Below, in pieces: positions 1-10,702 of a stretch of 64,000 nt of DNA (position 1 is its first letter; each line of letters begins with the position of its first letter). The DNA lies in the IMG/VR virus record IMGVR_UViG_3300021399_000115, positions 1 to 64,000 of that record; one strand, 5' to 3'. Source of the DNA: a virus. Lineage: Duplodnaviria > Caudoviricetes. The position numbers and the translations under genes are program-made. The notes below the pieces were generated by a model. That model made no database searches and was not told the origin of the DNA. It saw nothing but the letters and a program-made list of their open reading frames with translations.

Positions 1-1622
1 TGGATTGTACATTTCTCCATAAGAGGAATCCACTGATTAGAATAAATGAAATATTTGTTCTGCTCATAAATAAGATTGTCTGCCTGACAAATAACCCCAG
101 CGCAGTTCTCAGCGGGAATCATTTCAATGTTAAATGTAAAATCACACTCAAAATTATCCTTAACTTCATTCATTGTATCGAGGATTTTTGTAGCGAATTC
201 TACCGCTTCATCAGAGTAGGACTTACAGCCGAATTCATCCGTATTAATTAATCCGAATAAATCCATAACTTCGTACATTCCGATTCCGCCGATTGTACAA
301 AACTGTTTACTAAGTTCAACAGCTCCATCCTGATAATTGGGAAGCAACCCTTTTTCGATATTTCTCTTAAGGATATGTCTCATTGAATACAACGCTTTAC
401 AATCAAGCAGAACTCTCTGTCTAAGAATTCTCATATATTTCTTCTTATCAAACTCGCTCTCATAAGCAATTCTAACAAGATTAATTGTACTAACTCGACA
501 AGACCCAACGGAAAGAGCGGTACCACCAATGGAATTGATAAATGCATCAAGCTTAGTAGTATCGGAGAGAAGTCTACAACAATTACTTAGTACTCCAACA
601 TTATCGCTACAGAAGAAATTAGAATCATTCCATTCCACGTTATGGTCGGAGCACCATCTGGCAAAATCTTTATCGACAAAAATATCCCAATTTCTTGTTC
701 TAATCATTTCTTCGATTTCGCCGTCTTTAAAATCATTACGCTTAAGAAGAGAGTACGTAAGAACCGGGTATGTAAACATATTCTGTTCTCTCCTAATTTC
801 GGCAACAACTTCCATGAATGCTTTCTGACATTCTATTAAATCTTCGACATGGTCAATAGCAAATGTTCCATCTGGAAATTCAACACCGCCGAAAATACCC
901 TCAAGATACGGTCTATCAAAAATTGATACGTTAGTGAAACTGCTCTGGTCGATTCTTAAAAACGGTTGATTGAGACGGTACACGATCTTCTGGAATTGCT
1001 GTCTGAGATAATAATCTGGGTCTTTAATAAAGTATCCAGTTTCAACGTCTTTCTTCCAGAACCACCATGCCCAAATAAGGACATTTGGCAATCCAACGGC
1101 GCCGGACTGACGGTTAGATAAGAACGAAACAAACTCAATTAAGTCATCAACAAATGTAGTAAGGTGTCTCGGGGGTTCGTTGTTGTAGTTATTCAAAAAG
1201 AATAACCCCTCTGTAGCTAGTCTTGTCAAATCATTCGCCCAACAATATGGGAAATACGATGCCGTTGTGCTATCATTCAGATAAAACCCTTTGCTAAATT
1301 CTTGCTCGAACCACTGTTTTGCGGTTCTTAGTCCCCACTGTTTCTTCATAGTAGAGAATATTTTATTTAGTCCAAAGAGTTTATCTTCACTTTTAGCTTT
1401 TTCTGTCATAAAACTACGGATGTCTCGATTGTTGGCGTTAGCATTCGGATCAATACTGGCATCAGCCAAAGTACCTTTATCCACGAAATTATCAATGAAC
1501 TCAGAGAAGTCTAACTGGCTAGGGTGAATACCGTTAATATATTCAAAATCTTCGCCGTATTTATTCTTGAGTTCATTTAAATATCTTTCAAAATCTTTAG
1601 TTAATTTCAGCTGAATGTCCAT
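1..1622 (-). CDS. nrdD: Anaerobic (class III) ribonucleoside-triphosphate reductase, 3' end outside the window
   Basis: Manual translation from ATG at 1622: MDIQLKLTKDFERYL...FYLNDSTTASYFPYCWA...PPRHLTTFVDDLIEFVSFLSNRQSGAVGLPN...YRLNQPFLRIDQSSFTNVSIFDR, typical of NrdD. Missing from the ORF track because it runs off the window edge. Confidence 0.9.
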   Translation of the reverse strand, partial: MDIQLKLTKDFERYLNELKNKYGEDFEYINGIHPSQLDFSEFIDNFVDKGTLADASIDPNANANNRDIRSFMTEKAKSEDKLFGLNKIFSTMKKQWGLRTAKQWFEQEFSKGFYLNDSTTASYFPYCWANDLTRLATEGLFFLNNYNNEPPRHLTTFVDDLIEFVSFLSNRQSGAVGLPNVLIWAWWFWKKDVETGYFIKDPDYYLRQQFQKIVYRLNQPFLRIDQSSFTNVSIFDRPYLEGIFGGVEFPDGTFAIDHVEDLIECQKAFMEVVAEIRREQNMFTYPVLTYSLLKRNDFKDGEIEEMIRTRNWDIFVDKDFARWCSDHNVEWNDSNFFCSDNVGVLSNCCRLLSDTTKLDAFINSIGGTALSVGSCRVSTINLVRIAYESEFDKKKYMRILRQRVLLDCKALYSMRHILKRNIEKGLLPNYQDGAVELSKQFCTIGGIGMYEVMDLFGLINTDEFGCKSYSDEAVEFATKILDTMNEVKDNFECDFTFNIEMIPAENCAGVICQADNLIYEQNKYFIYSNQWIPLMEKCTI

Positions 1623-1628
1623 AAGTTA

Positions 1629-1841
1629 TCAATCCTCCAGTTCCTCGAGCCAGTCAATAGCTTCTTTAAATGTCTTTACTACTCCATCAACCTCCAGAAT
1701 TGGTGCAGATTTAAATCCTTTCTCAATCATCACATCCGCATCCGTGACGGTTGTATATTTAATATTTTCTGAGTCCAATTTTTTCTCAAGAATATTGCAT
1801 TTCGGACAATGAGTACTATACAGTATCACTTCCATCATCAT
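1629..1841 (-). CDS. Glutaredoxin/NrdH-like redoxin
   Basis: YSTHCPKC CxxC motif and SAPILEVDG; adjacent to nrdD. Confidence 0.85.
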   Translation of the reverse strand: MMMEVILYSTHCPKCNILEKKLDSENIKYTTVTDADVMIEKGFKSAPILEVDGVVKTFKEAIDWLEELED

Positions 1842-2256
1842 TCCCCCTTCACATAATACCTGTCAAAGTCCTCTTCAATAGCTGCACACTTCTCAGAGTA
1901 CTTACCGATAATCACATCAAGTTCCTTAACAATATTGAGTAAGTGCTTCTTAACCAGAATCGCCTGTTTAACAATGCGGTCATTCTTCTTCAGTGCGACT
2001 TTCTGATCGGCGATCTTCTTACCTTTGGTTTCGTCCCAGGAATCATTCTCCCCAAGTTTAGCAACTCCGCGAATAAACTGCGGATAAATCGGAAAAGTGT
2101 TGGATTCAATAATATACTCAATAACACTGCGATAAATCCTCGGACCATGAACGTGCTTCAGCACCTTTTTGTAAAAATCATTTAATCCCCAATCGCCCGA
2201 ATCATAAACACTTACAACAGTACCTTTTTCTTTATTAACATAATACTCGCTCATAA

Positions 2257-2496
2257 TTAACCTCTCGCCAAGAAATCCATAAACAGCATCGTATCTTCGG
2301 GGTTCTCACACTTGAGTTCAAGATTAAGATTGTTAATCTCTTCCTCGTTAATAACTGCAAAAACAACCCTACTCAGCTTACTGGTCAGAACAATGTCGTC
2401 TCCTTCCGGTGATACCACATGTACCTGACCCTTGCACTTATCAACCACGTTGAAGAATCCTTCAATGTTTTTGATGTTAAAAATCTTCATAATCAC
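2257..2496 (-). CDS. Small HPr-like fold protein
   Basis: NIEGFFNVVDKCKGQVHVVSPEGDDIVLTSKLS pattern resembles clostridial HPr-like proteins. Confidence 0.45.
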   Translation of the reverse strand: MIMKIFNIKNIEGFFNVVDKCKGQVHVVSPEGDDIVLTSKLSRVVFAVINEEEINNLNLELKCENPEDTMLFMDFLARG

Positions 2497-2504
2497 ATGC
2501 TCCT

Positions 2505-3110
2505 TTAATAATTAATCTTTGATAAAGTGTCTAATCTATATATAACGATTCCTCCGATAGTATTGCCGAGAATATTCAGTAACAAGAACGGAATATATCT
2601 AATGGAGAAACCGGCAACAAAAAAGTAGTAGGCATTAGCCACGCAATGCTCGAAACCGCAGAATACAAATATTGTTACACCGAGAATAATCCCCAGATAT
2701 TTGCCGAGTGAATGAGGATTTTCTCCGTAACTTGTAACCGCATAATGAATCATCACATTGCACATAATTGCCAGCGGAATTACCGCAAGTCCCTCGGATA
2801 ATTTAGCCGAGCAAACAGCAGCTGCCTTATCTATCAGAAGCGGACGCCCTGCCCTTGTCAGCATTGCCACAATAAATGTGCCGAGAAAATTTCCCAGTAG
2901 CATCCACGGAAATAAAATAAATTTGGGGCCACCGATTGTAAACGCCTTACAGATTTTGCCGGTATACAAGTTGTATCCCATTGTACAAACCAACAGCAGT
3001 CCAACAGAAAAAAGAATAGATCCCACTAATTTGTTTTCAGATGCGAGAAATGCCCATCCGCCAATACCGATTGCAATTCCCGCCATAATTGATTTAATAA
3101 AATTGCTCAT
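2505..3110 (-). CDS. Formate/nitrite transporter (FNT) family channel
   Basis: SIMAGIAIGIGG, LFSVGL, LYTGK, GNFLG, AIMCNV, FVFCGFEHCVAN and GNTIGG are FNT family motifs. Confidence 0.9.
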   Translation of the reverse strand: MSNFIKSIMAGIAIGIGGWAFLASENKLVGSILFSVGLLLVCTMGYNLYTGKICKAFTIGGPKFILFPWMLLGNFLGTFIVAMLTRAGRPLLIDKAAAVCSAKLSEGLAVIPLAIMCNVMIHYAVTSYGENPHSLGKYLGIILGVTIFVFCGFEHCVANAYYFFVAGFSIRYIPFLLLNILGNTIGGIVIYRLDTLSKINY

Positions 3111-3343
3111 GCCTGATACGCCCCAATCGAAGTTAATTTATCAAAAAAGTCATACACTTGTCGCTGATCGTATGCACCTACGGGATTAATCATGACTGTT
3201 CTACCGATTAAAGAAGCAACTCCCATAGCGCTAGTGCCGTCAACAACGTACTTATCACAAATAATATCTACATCAAATGGAGCGGCTTCGCAGATGGCAC
3301 ATAATTTATTAACTTTGTCGAATTGAATTTGTAGTTTAATCAT
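3107..3343 (-). CDS. HPr-family phosphocarrier-like protein (Ser46-like site, no His15)
   Basis: FDVDIICDKYVVDGTSAMGVASL matches the HPr DAKSIMG region. Confidence 0.7.
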   Translation of the reverse strand: MIKLQIQFDKVNKLCAICEAAPFDVDIICDKYVVDGTSAMGVASLIGRTVMINPVGAYDQRQVYDFFDKLTSIGAYQA

Positions 3344-4267
3344 CGTACTTACCCCATTTTCAAATCTGTATAATAATGCGGAAATCCGCCGAGTTCCTCA
3401 ATCTGTTTTTCATTACACCATTCGCTAATGAAATTGATATTGCCGGCATTTTCAAGGCAGTGAAGCACATCGCCGACATCAAGATGATGTCCCTGGATGG
3501 CAATTTCATTGTTGATATACAGCCCTTCCCAATCATTTACTCGGCAAATCCTAACCTCACAACCGGGCATTCCGGTTCTAATATAAGAAAAACCATCAAT
3601 GTTTTTTAGTCTGTCATATAGCATCTGGAGAGCAATAGAATTACCGAGATTTTCATCCGCAGCATTCACAGATAATTGCCCATGAAAAGTCACATTAACG
3701 TTCATTGTACTCTCCTCCTATAATTTTGCCGTCTACCCATAATGCTGCTTTACCAATGTACTCAAATTCGGTAGCCGAACCGAGGGAATAAATATAAGCA
3801 ACTCCGCCGTTCAGCATCGGCACTCCGATTCTATACTTGACGTCACCGCCGTCAATTTGTTTAATCTCGGTGATGATACCAATTACTCCGCGCCAGTCAT
3901 GTTTTTCATTAAACTGGACAACATCACCGATTTCAGTCCACCAACTCATTCTGCACTCTCCTCATTATCGCCAAGTTTAAACTTACGAATTGTTCTAATA
4001 AGTTGATCCAGAGTAAGAATGCCCGGATTGTCTTCTTCCACAATCGTGGCTTTCATATCATCAAACCAAGACAGTAAGAAATCACAGCAAGTGTTCCATC
4101 CTGTTTCGAACGAATGTTGGATATGATATCTTGTACGAGCGTATAGCTTGTCAAAAGTTTTATCGTCAATATTCTCTGCCGAACGAATATCGGCGAGTTC
4201 TTTAATCTCATCAGCTTCGAGATTAGTGATTGTATTAATAACATCAACAGGTTTCATGGTTCCCTCC

Positions 4268-6187
4268 TTATTTAATAAGTTCCAAAAATTGTTCCTCAGT
4301 GATAATCGGAATGCCGAGCGATTTCGCCTTTTTATTCTTACTACTGTCGCTGGTGGCATCATTGTTAATTAAATAACTGGTGCTTTTACTAACAGAACCA
4401 ACCACTTTACCGCCGAGATCTTCGATTGTTTTCTGTAGTTCCGCACGATTCTTATAATGATGAACAGAGCCGGTAACAACAAATGTTTTATCAACCAGCG
4501 GATAATTCCCATCCGGCTTATTCATGAAATCATCGCCAATAAACGATACAATGTTGGCGATATCAATCATCTGCATATGGTTCAGCATCCACCACTTATT
4601 AATGTTTCGGCTAAGCACCGGACCGATGCCGGGGATATTTGAGAAATCATACTGGTTGTCACAAGCTTTACTGAACGCATCGAATGTCTTGAAGAATTTT
4701 GCCAGTAGTTTACTCTGACCTTCGCCGATTCCGGGGATTGAAAATGCGGTAATAAAGTGAACTAAGTCGCACTCCTTACTTGACTCGATTGCAGCTAACA
4801 AATTGTCGATTGACTTCTTACCGAAACCGTCAATCTTATAGAGTTCGTTCTTATACAAATGAAGAGAATATACGCTCTCAAACATATTGGTTAAATAACC
4901 GAAGTTAATCAGTTTATCCAGTGTCTGCTCCGAAAGTCCGTCAATATCCATACCCTTTTTCGACACGAATGTAACCCATTTGCCGAGAGTTTTTCCAGGG
5001 CATTCGTCATTGGTACAGTAGAGAACTTCAGATTTATTCTCCTTGATGATACGTGTCGGAGCTCCACAAATTGGACAAAATTCGGGGATTTCAATTTCGC
5101 CGTTGCCGTCATCATCTACTGAATCTACACCCGGGATTACTTGGTGGAGTTTCTTTATATAGCAAGTACAACCGTTAGTAATGCCAAGCTGTTTCATTAT
5201 TGTAATATTATGAAGCGTGGCCTTAGTAATTTCTGAACCATCAATTTCCACTGGCTCAAAATTAGCCACGGGGGTAAGCTGCGCAGTCTTCCCAATTTGC
5301 CAATCCACGGAAATAAGTTTCGTAGGATATGAATCATCTGCGAATTTTAAAGCTTGAGCTCCACGCGGATGATGAGCAGTTGCGCCAAGTGAATTCCTAA
5401 ATTTTTGATCGTCATATTTAATTACAATACCATCAATTGGGAACCCCATATCTTCGGCTGTTTTCTTTAACGTGTCGATTGCATTTTGAATTTGATCTGC
5501 ATTGCTATTAGCGTAAAGATAAGTGGCATCAACAATATCAAATCCCAACGAATAAGCCTTGGCTAAATCTACAAACAGTTCACCTTCGCCGCCTTCAATA
5601 ACATCCCAAGCAAAGAATTTAAGATGACGTTTGGCGGATATTGAACCATCTAGCAAATTAAGCGACCCAGCCGCGAGATTCCTCGGATTCTTATATTTCT
5701 CAGTATCAACAATCTTGGAATTAATTTTCTCAAAATCCGGATAAAGGATAACGCACTCACCGTCAATAACATACTTCCCAGGCTTGTTAATAGTCATCGG
5801 CAGATTCTCAATGGACATAGCATGATGCATAATATCATTACCAACAGTACCGTTACCGCGAGTTTCAAGCCGAGTAAGTTTACCGTCAATGTAGGTAGCC
5901 GAACAAGTCAAGCCGTCCGCTTTCCACATTGCCACGCTATCATATTTAAGGAATGATTTAACCTCGGTAATAGTGTGTATTTTATCCAATGATAACATCG
6001 GATGTTCGTGTTTAATTTTTTCAATAGCGTCAATCGGAGCAGAACCGACGGTCTCTACATAACCAAGCTTTTCTGCTCTGGTAACAAGTCTGTCATACTC
6101 CTGATCGGACATGATTGTCTCGCCGGAACCGTAATATGCTTCTTTAGCTCGGTTAATTAAATCTACCATTTCAGCATATGTAGCCAT
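4268..6187 (-). CDS. ligA: NAD-dependent DNA ligase
   Basis: HPMLSLDK, KADG, NPRNLAAGS, DGIVIK, C4 zinc finger, HhH repeats and C-terminal BRCT (FVVTG...GSVSKST). Confidence 0.97.
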   Translation of the reverse strand: MATYAEMVDLINRAKEAYYGSGETIMSDQEYDRLVTRAEKLGYVETVGSAPIDAIEKIKHEHPMLSLDKIHTITEVKSFLKYDSVAMWKADGLTCSATYIDGKLTRLETRGNGTVGNDIMHHAMSIENLPMTINKPGKYVIDGECVILYPDFEKINSKIVDTEKYKNPRNLAAGSLNLLDGSISAKRHLKFFAWDVIEGGEGELFVDLAKAYSLGFDIVDATYLYANSNADQIQNAIDTLKKTAEDMGFPIDGIVIKYDDQKFRNSLGATAHHPRGAQALKFADDSYPTKLISVDWQIGKTAQLTPVANFEPVEIDGSEITKATLHNITIMKQLGITNGCTCYIKKLHQVIPGVDSVDDDGNGEIEIPEFCPICGAPTRIIKENKSEVLYCTNDECPGKTLGKWVTFVSKKGMDIDGLSEQTLDKLINFGYLTNMFESVYSLHLYKNELYKIDGFGKKSIDNLLAAIESSKECDLVHFITAFSIPGIGEGQSKLLAKFFKTFDAFSKACDNQYDFSNIPGIGPVLSRNINKWWMLNHMQMIDIANIVSFIGDDFMNKPDGNYPLVDKTFVVTGSVHHYKNRAELQKTIEDLGGKVVGSVSKSTSYLINNDATSDSSKNKKAKSLGIPIITEEQFLELIK

Positions 6188-6471
6188 ATTCCTTCTCCTT
6201 AAAGTTTATTGTTATAATAGTTAACAGCAGCGTCTAAATAATTAAAATGAACCGACTTCTTTTTGTTCTTAACATAATGAACAACGCCATATTCCACACT
6301 CGAATTATCTAGGTCTATCAACGCACTCAGGGTAACTCGTCCATTTTTGTTGATATCAGAAGCCAGTTCAATTTCGGGTGTCCACCCTTCAAAATCTTTT
6401 ACATTAATCATAATCGTTTTAGCGCAAGATACCTCACTTCTATAAGTGGTGGGAGGAATGCGCTATCGCCG

Positions 6472-7716
6472 TTAGGCGATACTCCTTTCTTCAGTCAAAT
6501 AGTGTTTACTCTTCTCAAGCAGTTTCAACTTCTTATAACTTGCACATGGACTGATCTTTGTGCCATCCAATGTGCGAAGATCAAAATACCCGCTAGTACG
6601 CCTGCCAAAAATGAAACACTCTTGGTTTTCGTACAGCACTTTGTCGAAAAGACGGAACCCTTTGACTAGATATGCTGCTTGGTTGCATTTGCGTTTGCCG
6701 CCTTTTCCGATGGACATTTTATGGATCTTCCGATTGTGGCAACGCACCTTTCTTTGATAGTACAATGTACCATCAGATTTCGCATTTGGATGTCCACTAA
6801 TGCAGCGAGCGTCAATGTAATGTTCCTTCGGCAAATGATTTTTGATTCTCGTATTTTTGGTAATATAGCCATATGTCATCGACACATTGGGATACGTTTC
6901 TTTGAGCTTGTTATAGAACGCCCAGCGCATAATACCCATGAAGGTGGCCTCCCTGAAGGACATACCCCTGCGAATACTTTTTGGCAGTTGTACTGTTCCC
7001 TTGTGATATCCGGTGTGGCAGACCTCACAGAGTGTGATCAAATTATTTGGAGCATTTCCGCCGGTTTTCCGACTCTCAATGTGATGGACATTAAGTACTT
7101 TGTCTTTGGATTTACCTTTACAGCATTGACAGGTATGTCCATCACGGAAGAGTATATACTCTCTAACGTTCCAGAAACCAAGTTGATCGCCTTCCTGATA
7201 TTCTTTCCCACTGATATCTGGGTTCTTGATCTTCTGGATATCAAATGATGCTGTTTCTACAACAATTTTCGTAATTGGCAAAATCTCATGAATTTTATCC
7301 ACTACACGAATATGAGTATCCACCTTATGCTGAACAGAAGGTGCAAGCCAACCTTTTTTCTTAAAGGCTGTCCTGTTGTTGAATTTGGGCTTCCGGTATC
7401 TGATTTTGCGATTTCTTCTTGTACGGCGGCATTCTCTCCGTGTGGAAAGTAGGTCTGTGATATCGTTTCTCAGCCCCACTTCAGCTTCGTAGAACACTTT
7501 GTCCTCAGTGGTAGCTGATACTCCAATATGTTTAAATCCTGCATCCACACCTAGAGTGATATCCTGCGCGTAGGAAGTTGTGTCATATAATAATTTAATG
7601 GTAAACGGACAGCGTCGGACCACAGATGCTTTTCCTTCCTTTAAAAGGATGCGAACCTTAGTGTGGTTCGACGTAGGCATCAATGGATTACCGTCTTTGT
7701 TTAAAACATAGACCAA
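6472..7716 (-). CDS. iscB: IscB RNA-guided endonuclease
   Basis: PLMP, RuvC-I LGVDAG, RRxRR bridge helix, VVE, HNH (CQCC..HHI..NLITLCEVCH), RuvC-III HYIDARCI. TTG start at 7716 follows GAAAGGAG. Confidence 0.95.
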   Translation of the reverse strand: MVYVLNKDGNPLMPTSNHTKVRILLKEGKASVVRRCPFTIKLLYDTTSYAQDITLGVDAGFKHIGVSATTEDKVFYEAEVGLRNDITDLLSTRRECRRTRRNRKIRYRKPKFNNRTAFKKKGWLAPSVQHKVDTHIRVVDKIHEILPITKIVVETASFDIQKIKNPDISGKEYQEGDQLGFWNVREYILFRDGHTCQCCKGKSKDKVLNVHHIESRKTGGNAPNNLITLCEVCHTGYHKGTVQLPKSIRRGMSFREATFMGIMRWAFYNKLKETYPNVSMTYGYITKNTRIKNHLPKEHYIDARCISGHPNAKSDGTLYYQRKVRCHNRKIHKMSIGKGGKRKCNQAAYLVKGFRLFDKVLYENQECFIFGRRTSGYFDLRTLDGTKISPCASYKKLKLLEKSKHYLTEERSIA

Positions 7717-7719
7717 GAT

Positions 7720-7998
7720 TCTCACTCCTTTCAAAAGTAACCCAAACATGGTTAATAACTCTCCCCGAAGGGAGGTAAAATACCTTCGCCAATGTTATAG
7801 GAGGTTTGTATGTCAGCAACACTGCCCCTACCCATCAGGGCTGTTTAATCACTGACCTCAGAGCCGCAGACTAGGTATAACATCCACGGGTGACTATATA
7901 TTCTCCCATAACGTAGTTCTCGAAGAACTTAGGCTAGTCAACAATGGCTTTTTCAAGCCCCCACTTCAAGGCGTTAGCCTAAGTGGTGGGTTATTGAC
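7720..7998 (-). ncRNA. omegaRNA (HEARO-type) scaffold
   Basis: Typical 5' GTCAATAACCC, GTTGACTAGCCTAAG, CTACGTT and AACATTGGCGAAGG segments directly upstream of iscB. Confidence 0.85.
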
Positions 7999-8828
7999 AA
8001 ATTACCTCAATCCCATAAGTTCCAAAAATGTTTGGAAAGTAACTCAAATGCCCGGTCTTTGTATTTATCAACAGAATTGTCGATGTTTAGAATGTTATTG
8101 TTAATAGTGTCAAAACAAGAAATCATTTCGTCCAGTATCATATTCCAACGATGCTCGCTGTCTGGGTCAAGTTCCCCATTATCCAGCATAAACACCGGAT
8201 GACTATGAAAATTATCTCGGAAATACTTCAACATCTGAGGAACAACATTCAGAAACCATGTATCAATGTCGAATGTGTCTTTCTCACACCAACCGTATTT
8301 AATTCGTTGATATGCATATTTAATATTTAATCCAATATCATGAAGCCGTTCAATTGGGTGAAGCAACCTATAACGTAATGGAAATTTGTAACAAAACGGT
8401 GTATATGGTTTATATTTCATTTCTCATCTTCCTCATCAATTCGCAGCGGAAATTTTGTCGCCCTATATGATTTCTTAGTTCCGAAAATATCCATCCATGT
8501 GACAAGCACCAGTATCCAGAAAAACACATAAAAAAGAATTGCCGCGGGAATTGATAATATAAACAATACAATTCCGTAAATCCATCCCAGAACATTCCTT
8601 ACGCTAAAGAAATCAATCCAAAAACGTATCGGCGCTTTTAATAATATATATGTAACTAGGAATCCGATATTATAAATCGCTAATAACACTAACAAAATTT
8701 TAATCCAAGTTACCATCGTTTCCTCCTGTTACGAAAAATTCTTGGGATAATCCATTCATAGCCAAGCCAGACTATCATGATTACATCCCTACAGATATAC
8801 ATCCTTGGCATATTGTGTACCCCCTTCG

Positions 8829-8902
8829 TTTAATAATTAATTAGTATAGATATACTATATCACAGGTTTATCATTTTTGCAACACCTATTTAATAATTAA
8901 TT
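8829..8902 (-). promoter_or_regulatory. Sigma-A promoter flanked by two AATTAATTATTAAA boxes
   Basis: TTGCAA (8882-8877), 17 bp, TG-extended TATAGT (8859-8854); boxes at 8829-8842 and 8889-8902. Confidence 0.8.
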
Positions 8903-10702
8903 ATAATTTTCTCCGGACATCGGCGCTATATATTCTCTCAAATATTCCAACATTCTTGACTCTTCCGGGAAGAACAGATCTACTCCTTTAGCACTGACAA
9001 GCCATCCAAAAAAGTTACTACATAATTGTCCATATCTCCAGTCTGAAAAATATTCCTTATGGATATTTTTCACTTCTTCGTAAAAGCTATCTAATCTATT
9101 GGGATCTCTCATGACGTCCACTCCTCATAATCTTTATTATTATTCTTTTCTTCAAAACATTTCTTACATATTGGGTAGAGCCAATAGCCCTTAGTTACCA
9201 TCTTGCCCTGTTTGCCACAACAAATACAAGTCATTTCTGATAGATCTTCATACTTATTTATCCAATAATCATATTGAATGCTAATTTTCTCCGGCACTCC
9301 GCAATCATACCAGGTTAGCCGACCCCATTTCTCCTTAATCTCAAGGATTTCATACTTATCAAGATAATCACCCTCAATAAGTATATTGCGCAGTTCCTCG
9401 CACATCTGAAGTCCGAAAGCAGCATACCAACCCTCGGGCAATTCATCCAATTTCGTCCAACCATAATCATAATGAGAATTGTGGGGCTTCAAGAACGGAT
9501 ATCGTTCTATTAATTTTTTATTTTCTTCTCGAATGTTGTGACCGTCATACTTCATCATTTCATCCAGGAATTCATCCCAACTCATCATATCAATCACCAC
9601 CATTATCCACGGAGCAATATTTCTCAATAGCATCCTTCATGATATCTTTTAATTCATCTTCCTCGAATGTTGAACCTACAACAGTTGAATGCCAGATACT
9701 ATCTCTATGTGATATCATCAACATAAACACATATTTACCTGTATACTGATACGACTTTAGTGTAACATTAGATATCCAAGGAACTTCCAATATCCAATTA
9801 TGACCATGCGAAGAAAACTCAATGTTCTTGCCTTGACTATAATTATAGTCCAATATATTTGTAATTTCGAAGTCTTCTAGGCTTAATAATCTTTTAATAA
9901 TATCATGGATATAAATAAATGCATCCTTCTCTTCATATTTTTTGCGTTTATCCAGTTTGTTGCCATTGGTGTCTTTGTTTTTCTCTATCATGCCTAGCCA
10001 TTTTGCAGCTTTGCCGATAGTAGCACAATCCAACATATAGTATTCTACTCTAGATTTATATAAGCCAAAAGCTTGTTTCTCCAGGAGTTCATACTCATTC
10101 TGAATATCTTCAAGAGCTTCTTTTTTCTTAGCTACCCTTTGCTCAGCTTTGGCAATTACATCTAATGTTATATCATCATTAAATTCATTTCTGATTTTTA
10201 AAATAGCCATATGTTTTCTCCATTAATCCATATTTCTATAATCCCATAGTAGAAAAGAATAAATAATAATTAAAAGCACTCCTAAAACAATATTGGAGGG
10301 TCTCGTTAACTTTATGCCAATAAGAATTGATGTTACTCCGTTAGCTATCATTACAACATAATACCAAAACCAAAATCCTAGTTCATGTTTCATTGTTTTT
10401 CCTCGACTTTTTCTCATGTGGATATCTTTTGTAGTGCTGCATCGGCAAACCATGCATTTTGCGCCAGTTATTCCTTCCCTTAAGAATAAATCTTTTCATA
10501 TTTCTTATATCGACGCTATCTACATCTATCGTAGTTCTAAATGTTTTATCGCTGTCAAACCTACATATTACTTTATCTTTTTTCCCAGATGCAATATCAT
10601 TAAGACTCGGGACTTTCATATTAAACATGCCGCTCCCAATAACATTACCAAAACCATCAAGTATATAACCAATATTTTCAACTACCTTCATATTGTTCCT
10701 CC

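Larger units (their letters stand above)
6412..7998 (-). mobile_element. Non-autonomous IS200/IS605-family IscB element (omegaRNA plus iscB)
   Basis: Starts GTCAATAACCCACCACTT...GAAGTGGGGG at 7998; related hairpin CCCACCACTTATAGAAGTG near 6435-6455; no TnpA in the window. Right boundary is uncertain by a few nt. Confidence 0.88.

Noticed and set aside
1-1622. Intron or gap in nrdD suggested by its absence from the ORF track
   Set aside because: The part translated manually (about 900-1622) is open and NrdD-like; the ORF simply runs off the window edge.
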